DNA from: Octopus vulgaris | Lineage: Eukaryota | Length of the DNA stretch: 64,000 nt | Direction of reading: 5' to 3' | Assembly: GCA_951406725.2 (NCBI GenBank) | Contig: OX597828.1 | Span: 15,810,001 to 15,874,000, forward strand | Shown here: positions 1 through 14,638 of the stretch, in pieces | Layout of the letters: every line of letters begins with the position of its first letter | Numbering within the stretch: position 1 is the first letter of the stretch | The notes under the pieces: model-generated | Told to the model about the DNA's origin: nothing | Databases searched by the model: none | What the model saw: only the letters and a program-made list of their open reading frames with translations | Made by a program: the position numbers and the translations under genes

Positions 1-1164
1 CGACTTCTCTTTAGAGACTCTGACTTTGTGAGACAAAATCTTCCAGATAGTGCTGTTCTAATTTAGGTGTTCATTACCAATGATATATGCATCGTTATTT
101 CAAAAAAATTAGTTGATATAAAGTAATGATCTCCACCTCTTTTACACTACTTAATTACTTAATATGATTGCTTTGAGTTATGTGGCATAACTAATTAAAC
201 TCTTCTGAGACTGCCCCTAGCAGTATGTTACAATCTTCCTGTTTTAAATTGCTTTAAATAAAAAAAAAACTTCCATCAAAACGTTAATTTATGCTCCAAA
301 CACTTAGCAGGTTTACTTAAATTCTTTTACTCCAGTTATTTTCTTCATTAAGTTCGAAATTAATTTAAACCAAGCAGTGTATTTTAACAGAAATAGAGAA
401 ATAAAAGGATTAAAAATTTAATTTTCCAGTTTATAAGCATGCTAACATTATAAAATGACTGTTAAAACTGTGATAACTTCGTTTAACCGTTTAGTAATTA
501 AACTAGTCAAATCTGGCCTCTTGAACATGCTTGACAATGTCATTCAAAGTATAAACAATTGGATTATCGAAATCTCAAAGCTATGAGACAAAGCATAATA
601 AATTCAGAACTATTCTTTTATTTGTTTCAGTCATGCTGAAGCATCAATTTGAAGGGTTTTAGTTGAACAAATCGACCCCAGCACTTATTTTTTTTTAAAG
701 CTTAGTACTTATTCTATCTGTCACTTTTGCCGAACTGCTAAGTTATGGGGGCGTAAACACACCAACACTGGTTGTCAAGCGGTGATGAGGGAACAGACAC
801 ACACTAGCTATACATATATACATACATACATAGATAATATAAAACAGGCTTCTTTCAGTTTCCATCTACTAAATCTATTCGCAAGGCTTTGGTTGGCCTA
901 TAGTAGAAGACACTTGCCCAAAGTTCCACACAGTGGGACTGAACCCGGAACCATGTGAATAAATAAGCATTAGCTTTGATAGAGTAATCTGAATGCTAGA
1001 AGATTAAGGGGTGTTGCTTTTGTTGACATGAATAGGCTGAGATGAGGAAGTATTTGATTAACAACTCAAAAATTGGTAGCTCATATCTATCTACTCCAGT
1101 TATTCTGTTGTGTTTCATGACAAGAGATTTAAATTCTTTGTAGCTATAGTGTTGCAGTGGTAGG

Positions 1165-1690
1165 ACTTCTACACGGTCACTTGACCAGTTGGAAATAACA
1201 GCCAAATTCTCTCACATTCTATAAAGACAACATGGTCATGACAAAGACACTTTTGAGCATAGTTCTGCTCAGTTAGGGCTTACTTGGGATTGAACAACTT
1301 AGTTGTTGCCATTGTAGGTGTTTGGTTGATCTGCTTGAAATGGCAGCCAGGTATCAATCAGATCGCATTCTGTGGTCTTAAAAATGAAGGCATTTTCATG
1401 ACAAGAATACCGTTGATAATTAGTTTTGGTCAGTGAGTGCTAACCTGGGGCTAAACAGCAGCTTAACTGTAGGTAATGGGGAGATAGGTGGTGTTTGATT
1501 TTCTGTTGGTTGACCTGCTGGAAATAGCAGCTAAATTTTCCTTCAGTCACACTGTACAATCAGCAAAATTGAACACACTGGACAATGTATTCTTGGATAT
1601 ACAAAATGATGGGATGGTCACTGTTAAAATATCTTTAAGCCCTTGGTCAACTTGATCATAGTTGGTCAGGGGCTAAAAAAATAACAATAA
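1165..1690 (+). repeat. three tandem degenerate copies of an old dispersed repeat (family G)
   Basis: ttgacc(t/a)g..ggaaatagcagc-like motif at about 1182, 1327 and 1510, each followed by ggg(g)ctaaaca-like ends; dispersed relatives near 3050, 11100, 21860, 30830, 41270. Confidence 0.6.
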
Positions 1691-4562
1691 CTATATTTGA
1701 TGGCATGTAAGCCTTTTTTTCTCCCCACCAAAAATGTCTAAAACAAAATTACCCTGAGTCCTTAATGTGAAGTTGGGCTTCTCATGAAGCTAATTTGATC
1801 CCTGATGCTCTTTTACTTGAAAATCTGCTGCTGAAATTGGGGTGCAGCTAATCAGCCTGTGTATCTTTTATGCCATCACATATGGTAGTTGTAAGAAATA
1901 GATGCCAAACATCTGAGAAAGTCACCAGCTGTTGTAGAAGATTGTCCAATCCCTGGAAAGATGTCGCATTTGACTAATGTTAGGAAACCCAACAGCTTTG
2001 TGGTTTGTGAAAGAATCAAGTAAAGTTTACATCGTGGTTTAGTTTCAGTATATTGCTTGTTGTTCTTTGCATCAGGTTAGTTTTGATTGAACCAACTTAT
2101 GATTAAAAGCATTCCAAATGTGACCATTCCATCTTATTCTCTCTCCTTTTTTTTTCTTTTTTTTTTTTTTTCTTACTTGTTTCAGTCAGTGGGCTGCTGC
2201 CATGCTGGGGTACCGTCTTGAAGTAGGTCTGGTACTTACTATGTTGGTCTCATTTGCCAAACCATTATGTTATAGGGACACAAACAAACAAACACCAGTT
2301 GTCAAGATTGGGAAATTTCTTAAGCATGGCTTTGTGGTAAGAAGTTTACTTCTTAACCACATGGTTTTGGGTTCAGTCCCACTGCATGGCACCTTGAGCA
2401 AGTGTCTTCTACTATAGCCTTGGGCTGACCAAAGTTTTGTGAGTGGATTTTTTTCAATGGAAGCTAAAAGAAGCCTGTTGTATATATTTGTGTCTTTATG
2501 TTTTTGTTAGTCCCTCAGTATCGCTTGACAACCAGTGTTGTGACTTAGTGGTTCGACAAAAGAAACTGATAGAATAAGTACCAGGCCTAGAAAAAAGTAC
2601 TAGGATCGATTCATTCTACTAAAATTCCTCAAGGTGGTGCCCTTGTATGGCTGCAGTCCAATGATTAAAGCAAGCAAAAGATAAAAGATTTGCTTGTTAT
2701 CTGGAATAAGTTTTGTGTGTGTATGTGTGTGTTTAATACAGTTGGATGTTCTTTCCACAGTTGACAATTCAGCTGTTAAGTGGGAGTAGAATTTGGTTTA
2801 ATAAGTAGAAAGAAAAACAAAAATGAGTCTTATGTACTTTACCTAGAGGTAGAATAATTGCTATGGCTAGGTTTGAACACCCTGTATAGCAATTTAAACA
2901 CTTGAGTCATCGTACATAAGTGATATATAATGTTGTATACACCTCTGAACTTGCAAACAGTATAACTCTCGCACAATCCAATGTCTTGTATTCATTGTGT
3001 CTGCTGTGATCTGCTCACATCACACTGTACTTGTTGAGCTAATGAGAGAGCCTCTACATAGTCACTTGACCTGCTAAAAACTGCAGTCAAATCTCCCCCA
3101 AATTATACACTCTTCCATCTTAGAAATGGACAATTTGGATAATGTGATTCTGAATTCTCTTCACATGGGAAAGAAATGAGAAAGTCGTGGTTGGACTGCC
3201 TTTGATCACTAGTCTGCTTGATCAGGCCTGACCTGGGGCTATAAATATCGGCAATACACTCTGTACAAAATGTTGTACCCGATTCTTCCTCTCCTAGAAA
3301 TATAATCCCTTGGAATACTTTTCCTCCTGCACACCTGTCTTCACAAACTATGAGCTAAATAAATTCAGGAATTGAAGCTAAATATCAGTGACCTTGAATT
3401 CGCTAGACAGCAGCAGCACTGAAAAAGCTATGGGCACTGTTATTTCTGAACTCATTTCATATTCTGTAGCATTTTATTGCATAAACACAAGGCTTAAAAT
3501 ATTTCCATGGAGATGACACAACTCCATCATAGGTAACTACCTCTTCCCACAGCTGTCTGGTTATTTGTTTCTGATGGTTTGTTCAGAAGTAAATTAAATA
3601 TAAATTTGATTTACATCTGAAAAGCTATTTCTATTTAAAAAAAAAAATTACACTGCTTGTAAAACAGCATGGATGCCTCAGATTCACATTTTAGCATCCT
3701 CTGTTAGGTTTTGTCTAACTGCTATTGTCATCTAAATTACCTAGGAAAATTTTACTGAATGGTTAGTTATTTCTCTAATACCATATTGCTACCAAAGATA
3801 GCTATTACACATTAGACGCAATGAGATGTTGATTTTGTTGCATGAGTTCTAGGATTAGCTGCAATCAAGAATAATCCATCTGTAACCACTCAGAGCTTCT
3901 TTTTTGCACTTAGAAATTGTTCAGTATATTCTGTTTATTAGACAATAGGTGTGATATGAAGGAGACTGACTGCTATTTCTAACAGTCAGATAACTCTTGC
4001 TCCAAGTGCAATCCCTATCTCCTGCTTTTCTGTTATTTTCTCAAGTTATTTCAAATTATTGAGCAAAAACAAAAAAAAAGCAAGAAGTGTGTGTGTGTGT
4101 GTGTATAAGGTAGTAAATTGGCAGTTGTTAGAATGTTGGATAAAGTCCCTTCTATTCCAGCTCTCTATGCTCTGAGTTCAAATTCTACCGGGCTTAACTT
4201 TGCTTTCCATTTATTTTGATGGTGGTGGTGGGGTCTAAACTACCAGTTAAGTATTGTCTAATTTTTCTTTTTTCTCTTAGAATTTGCCTTGCGATGTAAG
4301 ATATGTCTATATGTAAATATAAAGTCATGGTAGGGTATTTTCAATGCAGCAATCTAAGCTGAGCACTGGGGTTATCTACGCTGTCACATTTCAGACTAAT
4401 ACTGAAATTCTTCAGATGCAGAAAATCTTTGTTTCATGATGGTAAAATAATTGAGTTTAGCATTAAAATTTCTCTTTGTCTTATTTGGATTTTATCACAC
4501 ACACACATGCAAAATACACACACACCCTTTCATATGTATGTATGTGTGTGTGTATATATATA

Positions 4563-4940
4563 TACTCTTTACTCTTTTCAGTCATTTGACTGTGGCCATG
4601 CTGGAGCACCGCCTTTAGTCAAGCAAATCGACCCCAGGATTTATTCTTTGTAAGCCTAGTACTTATTCTATTGGTCTCTTTTGCCGAACCGCTAAGTTAC
4701 AGGGACCTAAACACACCAGCATCGGTTGTCAAGCGATGTTGGGAGGACAGACACACACACACACATATGTATACACATATACATGACAGGCTTCTTTCAG
4801 TTTCCGTCTACCAAATCCACTCACAAGGCTTTGGTTGGCCCGAGGCTATAGTAGAAGACACTTGCCCAAGGTGCCACGCAGTGGGACTGAACTCGGAACC
4901 ATGTGGTTGGTAAGCAAGCTACTTACCACACAGCCACTCC
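4563..4940 (-). mobile_element. SINE family A (tRNA head plus CORE-like segment), representative copy
   Basis: Minus strand begins ggagtggctgtgtggtaag...agttcagtccc (ggttcagtccc in other copies)...ccttgggcaagtgtc. Other copies near 620-960, 2325-2690, 9309-9705, 14400-14993, 20195-20590, 30080-30360, 35600-35900, 40888-41250, 42460-42870, 54372-54620, 59640-59875. Confidence 0.88.
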
Positions 4941-4941
4941 T

Positions 4942-4978
<37 letters not shown>

Positions 4979-5841
4979 TTAATTTAAACATGTTATTGAG
5001 AGGATTAACACAATCCAGTAATAATCCTTTCTGCTATAGGCACAAGGCCTGAAATTTTTGAGGAGGGAGCTTGTTGACTGCATTGACATCATGGCTTAAC
5101 CGGTACTTGTTTTATCAACCCTGAGAACATGAAAGGCAAAGTCAACCTTGGTAGAATTTGAACTCAGAATGTAAAGATGGATGATAAGCTGCAGAGGAGG
5201 GGATAAGCTGATTACATCGACCCCCCCCCTCCTACATTATCAATGCCGAAAGGATGACAGGCATAATTGACTTCCTGCAGTATTCAAAGCTGGAACATAG
5301 AGACAGATGAAATGTTGCTAAACCTTTTGCTCGCCGCGCTAACGGTTCTGCCAGCTCACCACTTTTATAATAATAATTTTTTCAAAATTTGGCTGCTATT
5401 TTGAGGATATGGTTAAATCAGTTACAGTACTTCATTGGTATTTTATTTTATCAATGTTAGAGGGATGAAAGATAAAATTGACTTTGGTGGGATTTGAAAT
5501 CCAAATAATAAGAGCTTGAAGGAATACTGCTAGGTATGTTTTCCAATGTTCTAATGATTCTGTTAATTGAATATCTTAATCATCATCATCATCATTTAGC
5601 ATTCGCTTTCCATGCTAGCATGGGTTGTACGGTTCAACTGGGGTCTGGGAAGCCAGAAGGCTGCACCAGGCCCAGTCTGATCTGGCAATGTTTCTATGGC
5701 TGGATGCCCTTCCTAATGCCAACCACTCCGTGAGTGTAGTGGGTGCTTTTTACGTGCCACCGGCACAGGTGCTAGATGGGGCTGGCAAACGGCCACGGTC
5801 GGATGGTGCTTTTTACGTGCCACCGGTACTTTCACGTGCCA

Positions 5842-5872
<31 letters not shown>

Positions 5873-6053
5873 TTGGTTTCAAATTATGGCGCAAGGCCAG
5901 CTATTTTGGGGGAGGTGGGGTAAGTTGATTACATCGACCGCTGTGCTCAACTGGTACCTGTGTTATCAACCCCCAAAAGGATGAAAGGTAAAGTTGACCT
6001 TGGCAGAATTTGAACTCAAAACATGGAGATGGACAAAATGCCACTGAACATTT

Positions 6054-6320
6054 TACCTGTGTCATCTCTTGTGAAAGGTAGGAGAGTCCAGTTTGCTGGA
6101 CATTGTTGTAGAGCTGAAAACGAGGCAATTTCTACTCTTCTCCTCTGGAAGCCATCTACTCGCAATACCAGAGGGCGCACACTCTCCTACCCTGATGTAA
6201 TCTCCAGGGATACAGGCATCCAGCAACAGGACCTCTGTAATGCTATGATAGGCCGTGAAGTCTGGCGTAGCATGGTAAATTCCATTGTCTCGACCACGGT
6301 CGAACAATGATGATGATGAT
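6054..6320 (+). mobile_element. RTE-like LINE 3' end with (TGA)n tail, inserted in a SINE
   Basis: RRVQFAGHCCR...LLLWKP...RGR...AM..REVWR then stop and tgatgatgatga; the interrupted SINE resumes at gctaatgattctgcca. Confidence 0.75.
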
Positions 6321-9300
6321 GCTAATGATTCTGCCAATACTAAAAATTAAATTGTGTGAAGAACAAAATGTTTGAGTAAATAAGAACTGAGTTACCGAAT
6401 CTTTTGCTGGTATCTGTTTGACTCTGTCTTCACTTTCATCTTGTTTCAGTTTATGTTACCCATAGGGAATATATGTTGGGCTTAGTTTCTCAAAGGAAGA
6501 GAAGTTAATATTGATAAACTTGTGCCCTATCAATGAGGAGTTATATTTTTGCTCATTGGCAAAGAAATTTGAGTTTAAACATTATCTCATATGGTTCCCA
6601 TGTGGATTTTCTTTTTTTTTTTTTGTTGAAGTTCCCTTCCTGAGTCATAGTGACTCATAAGGGCCGGTTTCCCGGTTTTGATGGCATATTTATTCCCTAC
6701 CTGGATGGGATGCTGGACTGTCGCAGGGTTACTTAGTTTTACCAGCTGAGTGGACTAGAACAATGTGAAATGAAGTGTCTTGCTCAAGAACACATCATCA
6801 CCTGGTCCAGGAATTGATATCATAATCCTTCAGTCATGAGTCCAACACCCTAACCACTAAGCCATACACTTCCACACCCAAGTGGATTGCAAGAGGATTA
6901 AACCAGTCCTGTTGTTTAGCTCCAAACCCAATCTTGATTGGCCTGCCTTTTGATCAAAGGTTGTTTCAGTTGTGATCATTCTATAGGGTGGGCCAAAAGT
7001 CACGCACCACAACATTCGACATTTTCACTATCATCAACATATGTCCATGTTCCATGCTAGCATGGGTGGAACGGTACCACAAGAGCTGGCTAGACCGAAT
7101 CCTGCAACGTACTTCTGTGACTGTTTTGGCAGGATTTTTACAGCTGGATGCCCTTTCTAACACCAACCACTCAGCAGAGTGGACTTAGTGCTTTTTATGT
7201 GACACAAGCACAGGCGAGGTCAGTTTTGGCAAGGTTTTTACAGCTGGATGCCCTTCCAAACAACAAACATTTTACAGTGTGAATTGGGTGTTTTTAAGTG
7301 GCACCTGCACTGACATAATCACCAAGTACTTTTATCTTACATTATTATTATTATTATTCGTGTTTTAATCTTGGTGTCTGACTTTTGGCCTACACTATTT
7401 TTTATTCAGTTATAGTGTTGATATAGAACAATATCCAGTGTTTCATTTGTTAAGTGACAGCAATATGAGGGAGGGTGGTTGCTATTTTCCTCAAGTCAAG
7501 TAAGCACTTAGAATATGAGGAATATATCTTTTTTTAAATCTAAAAATAGTGTTTGTGACAGTAAAGTACTAGATTAGTTAGTGACTAAAGCCTTTCTCGG
7601 TTTGCTTCAGCCTGAAATTAAAGAAATATGTAGGCGTGGCTGTGTGGTAAGAAGTTTGTTTGTTCAACGCATGGTTCTGGGTTCAGTCTCACTGTGTGAC
7701 ACCTTGGGCGTCTTCTATAGCTTTGGGCAGACCAAAGTGTTGAGTGGATTTTGGTTAATGAAAAGTGAAAGAAGCCCATCATAAAAAGCACCATCCGACC
7801 GTGGCTGTTTGCCAGCCCCGTCTGGCACGTAAAAAGCACCCACTACACTCACGGAGTGGTTGGCGTTAGGAAGGGCATCCAGCCGTAGAAACATTGCCTG
7901 ATCAGACTGAGCCTGGTGCAGCCTTCTGGCTTCCCAAACCCCAGTTGAACCGTCTAACCCATGCTAGCATGGAAAGCGGATGCTAAATGATGATGATGAT
8001 ATATATGTGTGTGTGTGTGTATTAAAGAGTACTCTTTATTAATATATTATTTACTCCAAACTATTTTTACTGTCCAGCGAAGAGTACACGGAATTACCCA
8101 TCGGAAGAATTCATGGAGCAACTAACCAGTTGTGGTTACAGACATTAGATACTGATTGTTGTTGTTAGCCGTTAACTGGAACTATGGTATCTGCCCAGAT
8201 AATATATCGCTCCAAACTCATAAATATCATCATCATCATTTAACATCTGCTTTCCATGCTGGCATGGGTTGGACAATTTTGACTGAGGGCTGGCGAACCA
8301 GATGGCTGCACCAGGTTCCAATCTTGATCTGGCAGAGTTTCTACAGCTGGATATATATATATATATATAGTTTCTACAGCTGGAGATATATATATATATA
8401 TGTGTGTATCAGTCATTGTCTTGTGTTTGCCCTCCTTACCACTGCTTTCCAACTAGTGTTGAAGTGTTTGCACCCCTGTAATTCAGTGGTTTGGCAAAAA
8501 AAAAAAAAAAAAACCCCCAAAAAACTGATAGAATAAGTACCAGGCTTTACAAAAATAGGTACTAAAATTCTTCAAGGTGGTGTCCCAGCATGGCCACAGT
8601 CTAATGACTGAAACAAGTGAATGGTAAATGATAAAAATACTCTAGAAATATCCTTTTATTTTCTGATAGAGAAAGATTTCATATTTCTCCATTTCTTTTT
8701 GTTTCTTCTTTCGCTAGCTTTCTTTAATACTTCTCAATTGTTTTGCGGTTAGTCTGTTGTATTCGTTGATACAGACTGCCACTCGCCTTATTGCAAATCA
8801 ACTGATTATAATTTGGTTTTCTCATGCTCTCTGACTCACAAATTTCCACTCCTATTTTGCATTGAGTTGCTGTAGAACATTTCTGCACCAAATTCCAAAT
8901 CTGTAAAAACAGTAGTATCTGTTCTTGCATACAGGAATTTGACTAGGGCAATGACACTCCACTCCTAGATCTTATAAAACCTAGTTTCTTATACAGAAAT
9001 AACTTGCATATATTTTCACACTCATTTTCAACCAACACATCATTCTTCAACTTCAAAAGATATTAATTACATTTAAAACAAAATTAAAGGATGTTTAAAG
9101 AAAAAAATTCAATTTTATAAGTCGACAGTAGAGGTTTGTTCATTTACTGTCTGATAAAGTCACTTGACTCTGTTCTCCTTTCTCTTGACCCCTAAACTTT
9201 TTTCACAATTATTGTTAAAAAGCTAACTTTTCTGAATAAGTTGATTACTAATGTTGTCTAAGACATAAAAAAGAAAAAGGTTTTTCTGGCCATTAATTAA

Positions 9301-12300
9301 AAAGGATTACTCTTTTACTTGTTTCAGTCATTTGGCTGCGGCCATGCTGGAGCACTGCCTTAAAGGGTTTTGGTTGAATAAATCGACCTCAGGACTTATT
9401 CTTTTGTAAGCCTAGTACTTATTCCTGTCAGTCTCTTTTTTGCTCAATTGCTAAGTTATGGGGACATAAACACAGATACGTGATGGTGGGGGGACAAACA
9501 CAGATACAAAGACACACAGACACACACATACATATGTATATATATATGATGGGCTTCTTTCAGTTTCCATCTACCAAATCCCCTCACAAGGCTTTGATTG
9601 GCCTGAGACTATAGTAGAAGACACTTGCCCCAGGTGCCGTGCAGTAGGACTGAACCTGGAACCAAGTGGTTGAGAAGAGAGCTTCTTACCACACAGCCAT
9701 GCCTATTCATTTTTATTTTATTTTTCCTTCATATAAAGTGCAGGTACCAACTGTGTAGTTAAGCTTGGGCAAGTATCCTCTGCTATAGTTCTGTAAGTGA
9801 ATTTGGTCAACTGAAACAGTGTGAAAGCCCATTTTATGTTTGTATTTGTCTAACCCCCCCCCCCCGCAACTTGATAACCAGTGTTGGTTTGTTTACGTCC
9901 ATGTAGTTTATCAGTTCAACTAAAACGATCAATAGAAAAAAGTATCAGGTTTAGAGAATAAGTACTGGGGTCAATTTTGACTAAATCCTTCAAGGCAGTG
10001 ATCCAGCATGGTTGTGGTTCAATGACTGAAACAAGTTTAAGATAAGAGAAGATCATGGATATAAGTGTGGTGAGCTGAGAAAAAAGCTAGAAAGTGGTGT
10101 GCTAGATGTATGGTGGCATTTAGTTGTTTAACTCTGGGTCATCTCTGAAGAAGCAGATAAACTATGATCTTAAAGTATTCAGGCTATCAGCATCCTGTCT
10201 TTTTTGAGATATCATCTAAGGCTACAATATCTAATGTCTTCTTACCTTTTATAAGATGGTAGGGCGAAATGCGTATTTCATCTGCCGTTACGTTCTGAGT
10301 TCAAATTCCGCCGAGGACGACTTTGCCTTTCATCCTTTCGGGGTCGATTAAATAAGTACCAGTTATGCACTGGGGTCGATATAATCGACTTAATCCGTTT
10401 GTCTGTCCTTGTTTGTCCTCTCTGTGTTTAGCCCCTTGTGGGTAGTAAAGAAATAGGTAGGTGTGATTTGAGTGAAACATAGCTGCTATTTCTATGTGGA
10501 TGATTATGGCTGTACCTTTTGTCATAGATCTGCTGATAAAAAAAACAAAAACAAAATATGCTTATTATTAGTTTAAAAAAACTGATCTCTTCCAAAGAGA
10601 ATCATTTGAGAAATACCATTACTTGTTTCAATATTTATAATGATAGTAAAACTTGGAAAAATAAAACAGTAATTATGAAACCCTTATAGGACGAATGGGC
10701 TGATCTCTTCTAGATTAAATATTCTTTCTTTTGTCTGTTATGATTTAGATTTTTTTTTTTGACTTTTTACAAAATTTTAAATAATGTCCTTATTTTTCAT
10801 GTTTTGTAAAAAATAGTCCCATTTTCTTTATTGTGGAAGCATCAGTGGCTTAGCCTTTGAAGAGTTAAATGAGTTAAAAGAAAATAGTACAATTTGCATT
10901 TGCTAATTAAAATGGAACAAAGGCCTGATGCAAAACATCACATAACTGAATGTAGAGTTAAAGAAATTTATTCAATATTTTTGTTTTAAATAGTCCATAA
11001 GTGTGAAGTGACAGTTATGATTGAAACTTTTATGATACTTTTTTCTTTTTTTGCTTATATTAATTTAAATAACAAAACTCTGTAGTCCTATGAGTCTCTC
11101 TGTGGTTACTTGCCCTGTTAGAAGAGGTAGCCAAAACCCCATCTTAAATGAGGGAAATACGTGTTAGATAATATGCTTCTACATGTCCCTGGAAAAGTGG
11201 GGATGTTTAGCAGAAATGCTTTTGATGACAGGTCTGCTCAGAGATGGCTTGGGTCTTAACAATCTTTTATATAAACTTATGAAATGTTACTAATATTAAA
11301 GCCAAGTTGATTTCATGATATAAAATAATTAAATAATAAATTTTATTATGCTAGCAATTTATAAGTAAAACCAATTTTAAAACCTGCCATTGGTTTAGAT
11401 TAAAAATCTAGTGTTACAGAGAGAAAGTATTCCAAGTTCAAGAGAAATGTATGTAGCCTACCAACTCACTATTATCACTAAGAATTACTATAAAGTGATT
11501 GCTACAAAGTAATCAGCTGACACAGTTCTAGATAATTTCAATGAACTGTCTGTTGATAACCTGAACCATGTGTTTGACATTTGCTACATTAATAAAGGTC
11601 AGCTGTTGCTGAGTAACTCTACTTAGGCCTGCTTCAGCAGATCTATGGAGATGGTCTTAAACTTAATGTTTGATGTAAGTGATAATTTTCTTGTTCTAAT
11701 TAGCTGAAATGACCTCTCCCTCTCTCTGTCGCTTATCACTATTTGTGTATGTATCTCTTTCTTTGTAAATGTTGCCTGAGTTTCAAGAAGCTTATAAAAG
11801 CCTGTCCTTATGCATGGCTTTACTTTTGCAAGTGTTAAGCAGATAAGCGATACATTTCGTATTGGCTAGGACGTCGTGTTATAATCACAGGTAACATCCC
11901 TGCGTCTAGGTAAACTAGGCTGTATCAAATTAAAAGGACTTTCTCAAATAAAATGAATGGCAAAGCACATTCAGAGAATTTGAACTTGAAACTTTTGTGT
12001 GTGTGTGTGTGTGTGTGGTAACTCTCTCTCTCTCTCTACATAAATTGATGGTAGTATCTAGAGAGAGAGGATGGAATGTTGTTTCATATTAATTAAAACA
12101 ATTATCACACTTATTTAAAAAAAAAAAACTTTCAGTTCAATGTTTTTTGTATGAGAAACATGGAATTTTATATTTCATCATTTCTTTGTATACATTTTTT
12201 TTTTTTTTTTTGCTGCATATTTCAATAAAATAACCCATTTAATAATACAAGGCATCAGACAGCGTATAATAGCAGTCATAGAAAATATGTAGCATGCTTC

Positions 12301-12849
12301 AAAATATTTTTGGCAGCTTGCTGAAAAATTCAATACAACATGACCGCAATGCATAAGCGCAAAAAAGATAAATGCTTGAATGTTGTTTGGTTGTATGCTG
12401 TCCTATAAATACGTATTTTTAGCCTCCTCATTCATTGCTTAACAGAAAACAAAACGGTATTTTCCAATAAGCAAAACTGATATGAAAGTTTTAAAAACAG
12501 AAGATTAACAAAAGATTTCGAATGAGATGTGTTTAAAATTTAGGAAAGAAGACAAATTAAAAAAATTTTAAAGTAGCAGCGAAATAGTAGCAGTATTGTG
12601 TATATTTAGATACGGCTTAATTTTTTTTTTCTGTTGTGAGAGAAAAAAAAAATCATGTCAAATGTTAACAATTTTCTTAACCCTATAATTCTGAGAAAGT
12701 CTGTCTTATTAATATTTTTTCAGCAAAGAGTAGTCAGAGACTAGAAAATAGAATTGAAAGGGAAACTTAACAGCCTGCATTAAATTACAATCAGTAAACA
12801 ACATACAAGTGACACACACACATGCATTTAGACTGTATGAATATGTGTG

Positions 12850-12916
<67 letters not shown>

Positions 12917-12921
<5 letters not shown>

Positions 12922-13154
12922 CAGTGTACATTTAAACACATAAGAGATGGCCATAACAGGACATCTGACTTGCTAGAAAGAGTAGTTAAACACTAAACCA
13001 CTATTATTTTGAAAGGGAATGAAAAATAAAAACATTTACCTTCTATTTCTTGTACCATGCATGGTTTCAAGCAATTTTTAGTAAATAACTCTTTCTAGCG
13101 AGTCAGATATCCTGTTATGGCCATCTCTTATGTGTTTAAATGCACACTGTATTT
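12917..13154. repeat. inverted repeat, about 67-bp arms, about 100-nt spacer
   Basis: 12917-12983 versus 13088-13154 are reverse complements with 3 transition mismatches. Confidence 0.9.
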
Positions 13155-13551
13155 TTATATGAATAATATATAGTCTATTGACTAGTTTTTTCTTCTCCCT
13201 AGCACAATGGTAGCAAAGATTTTTTGTAAATTTTTTGGTTACCCTGAAATTTATTAATTAATGATATATATATACACACACACATATATATATATACATA
13301 TATACACACACACACACTCATCTCATACATACATATATGCATGTGTATAGGAAAGAAGAAACCTTAAAAAATAGCAGTATAATATCTATTTAGATACTTT
13401 CTTTTTCTGTTATGAGACGGAAATGTGTGTGTGTGTGTGTGTGTGTAGGTGCTTTGTGAATCATGTTAAATATTCACAAAAATCAGCTATAATAACTCAA
13501 TATAAAGCATTTTATGTATTTTCTTAAATACATTGCACTAGCGTACAAGAA

Positions 13552-13559
13552 AGTGTGTA

Positions 13560-13604
<45 letters not shown>

Positions 13605-13731
13605 ATGTATATATATATGTGTGTGTGTGTGTGTGTATGTATATATGTGTGTGTGTGTGTGTATATATATGTGTGTGTGTGTGTATGTATATATGTGTGT
13701 GTGTGTGTATATATGTGTGTGTGTGTGTATG

Positions 13732-13764
<33 letters not shown>

Positions 13765-13910
13765 ATATATATATGTGTGTGTGTGTGTGTATGTATATAT
13801 GTGTGTGTGTGTGTGTATGTATATGTGTGTGTGTGTGTATGTATATATATATATGTGTGTGTGTGTATATATATATATATATAATGTGTGTGTATGTATG
13901 TGTGTGTTTG
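13552..13910. repeat. compound (TG)n/(TA)n microsatellite
   Basis: About 360 bp of alternating purine-pyrimidine sequence. Confidence 0.97.
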
Positions 13911-14638
13911 TGAAATGTCATCTCTGCTCTATATAATGCAGTGAAAAAAAAAACTCATTCATTATGGCTTATGATTTTTCGAAAGTTTAATCAATCAAAC
14001 TTTGTCAAATTATATTTATTTTTGTTTTTCTGTATATTTCAGTTTAATTGCATTTTACTCTTGTTTTATTCTCTATAGAGATAGATTTGATTGCATTTAT
14101 ATTAATTCCTCTAATTATAATTTTCTTTATCTCTTTTTCTGTGCGAAAGTCAATGAAAGATTGGTTGTTGTTTACATTAAGTTAGATATTATAATGTGCA
14201 ACCTATAAAGATCAATCAAGCATAAAATTTAAAACTGGTCTGTTAGACTCTCTCTCTCTCTCTATATATATATACATACACACACACACTTCATTTGTGC
14301 TCAGCAAAGAAACATTAAACTTTAAATAAAGTCTCACCCAGCAGTTATGGTGTGTTTTATTCAGATTATGTACCTTAGACTGCATTATCCAATGTCTTTC
14401 TCTTTAACTTGTTTCAGTCATGTGACTGTGGCCATGCTGGAGCACCGCCTTTAGTCGAGCAAATCAACCCCAGGACTTATTCTTTGTAAGCTTAGTACTT
14501 ATTCTAGCGGTCGCTTTTGCCGAACCGCAAATTATACAGGAACGTAAACACACCAGCATCGGTTGTCAAGCAATGCTGGTGGGACAAACACAGACACACA
14601 AATATATATACACACACACACACATACATATATATATA

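Noticed and set aside
13514-13936. Four overlapping ORFs of 109-140 aa (VCVYI/HTHTY)
   Set aside because: Translations of a TG/TA microsatellite; no coding signal
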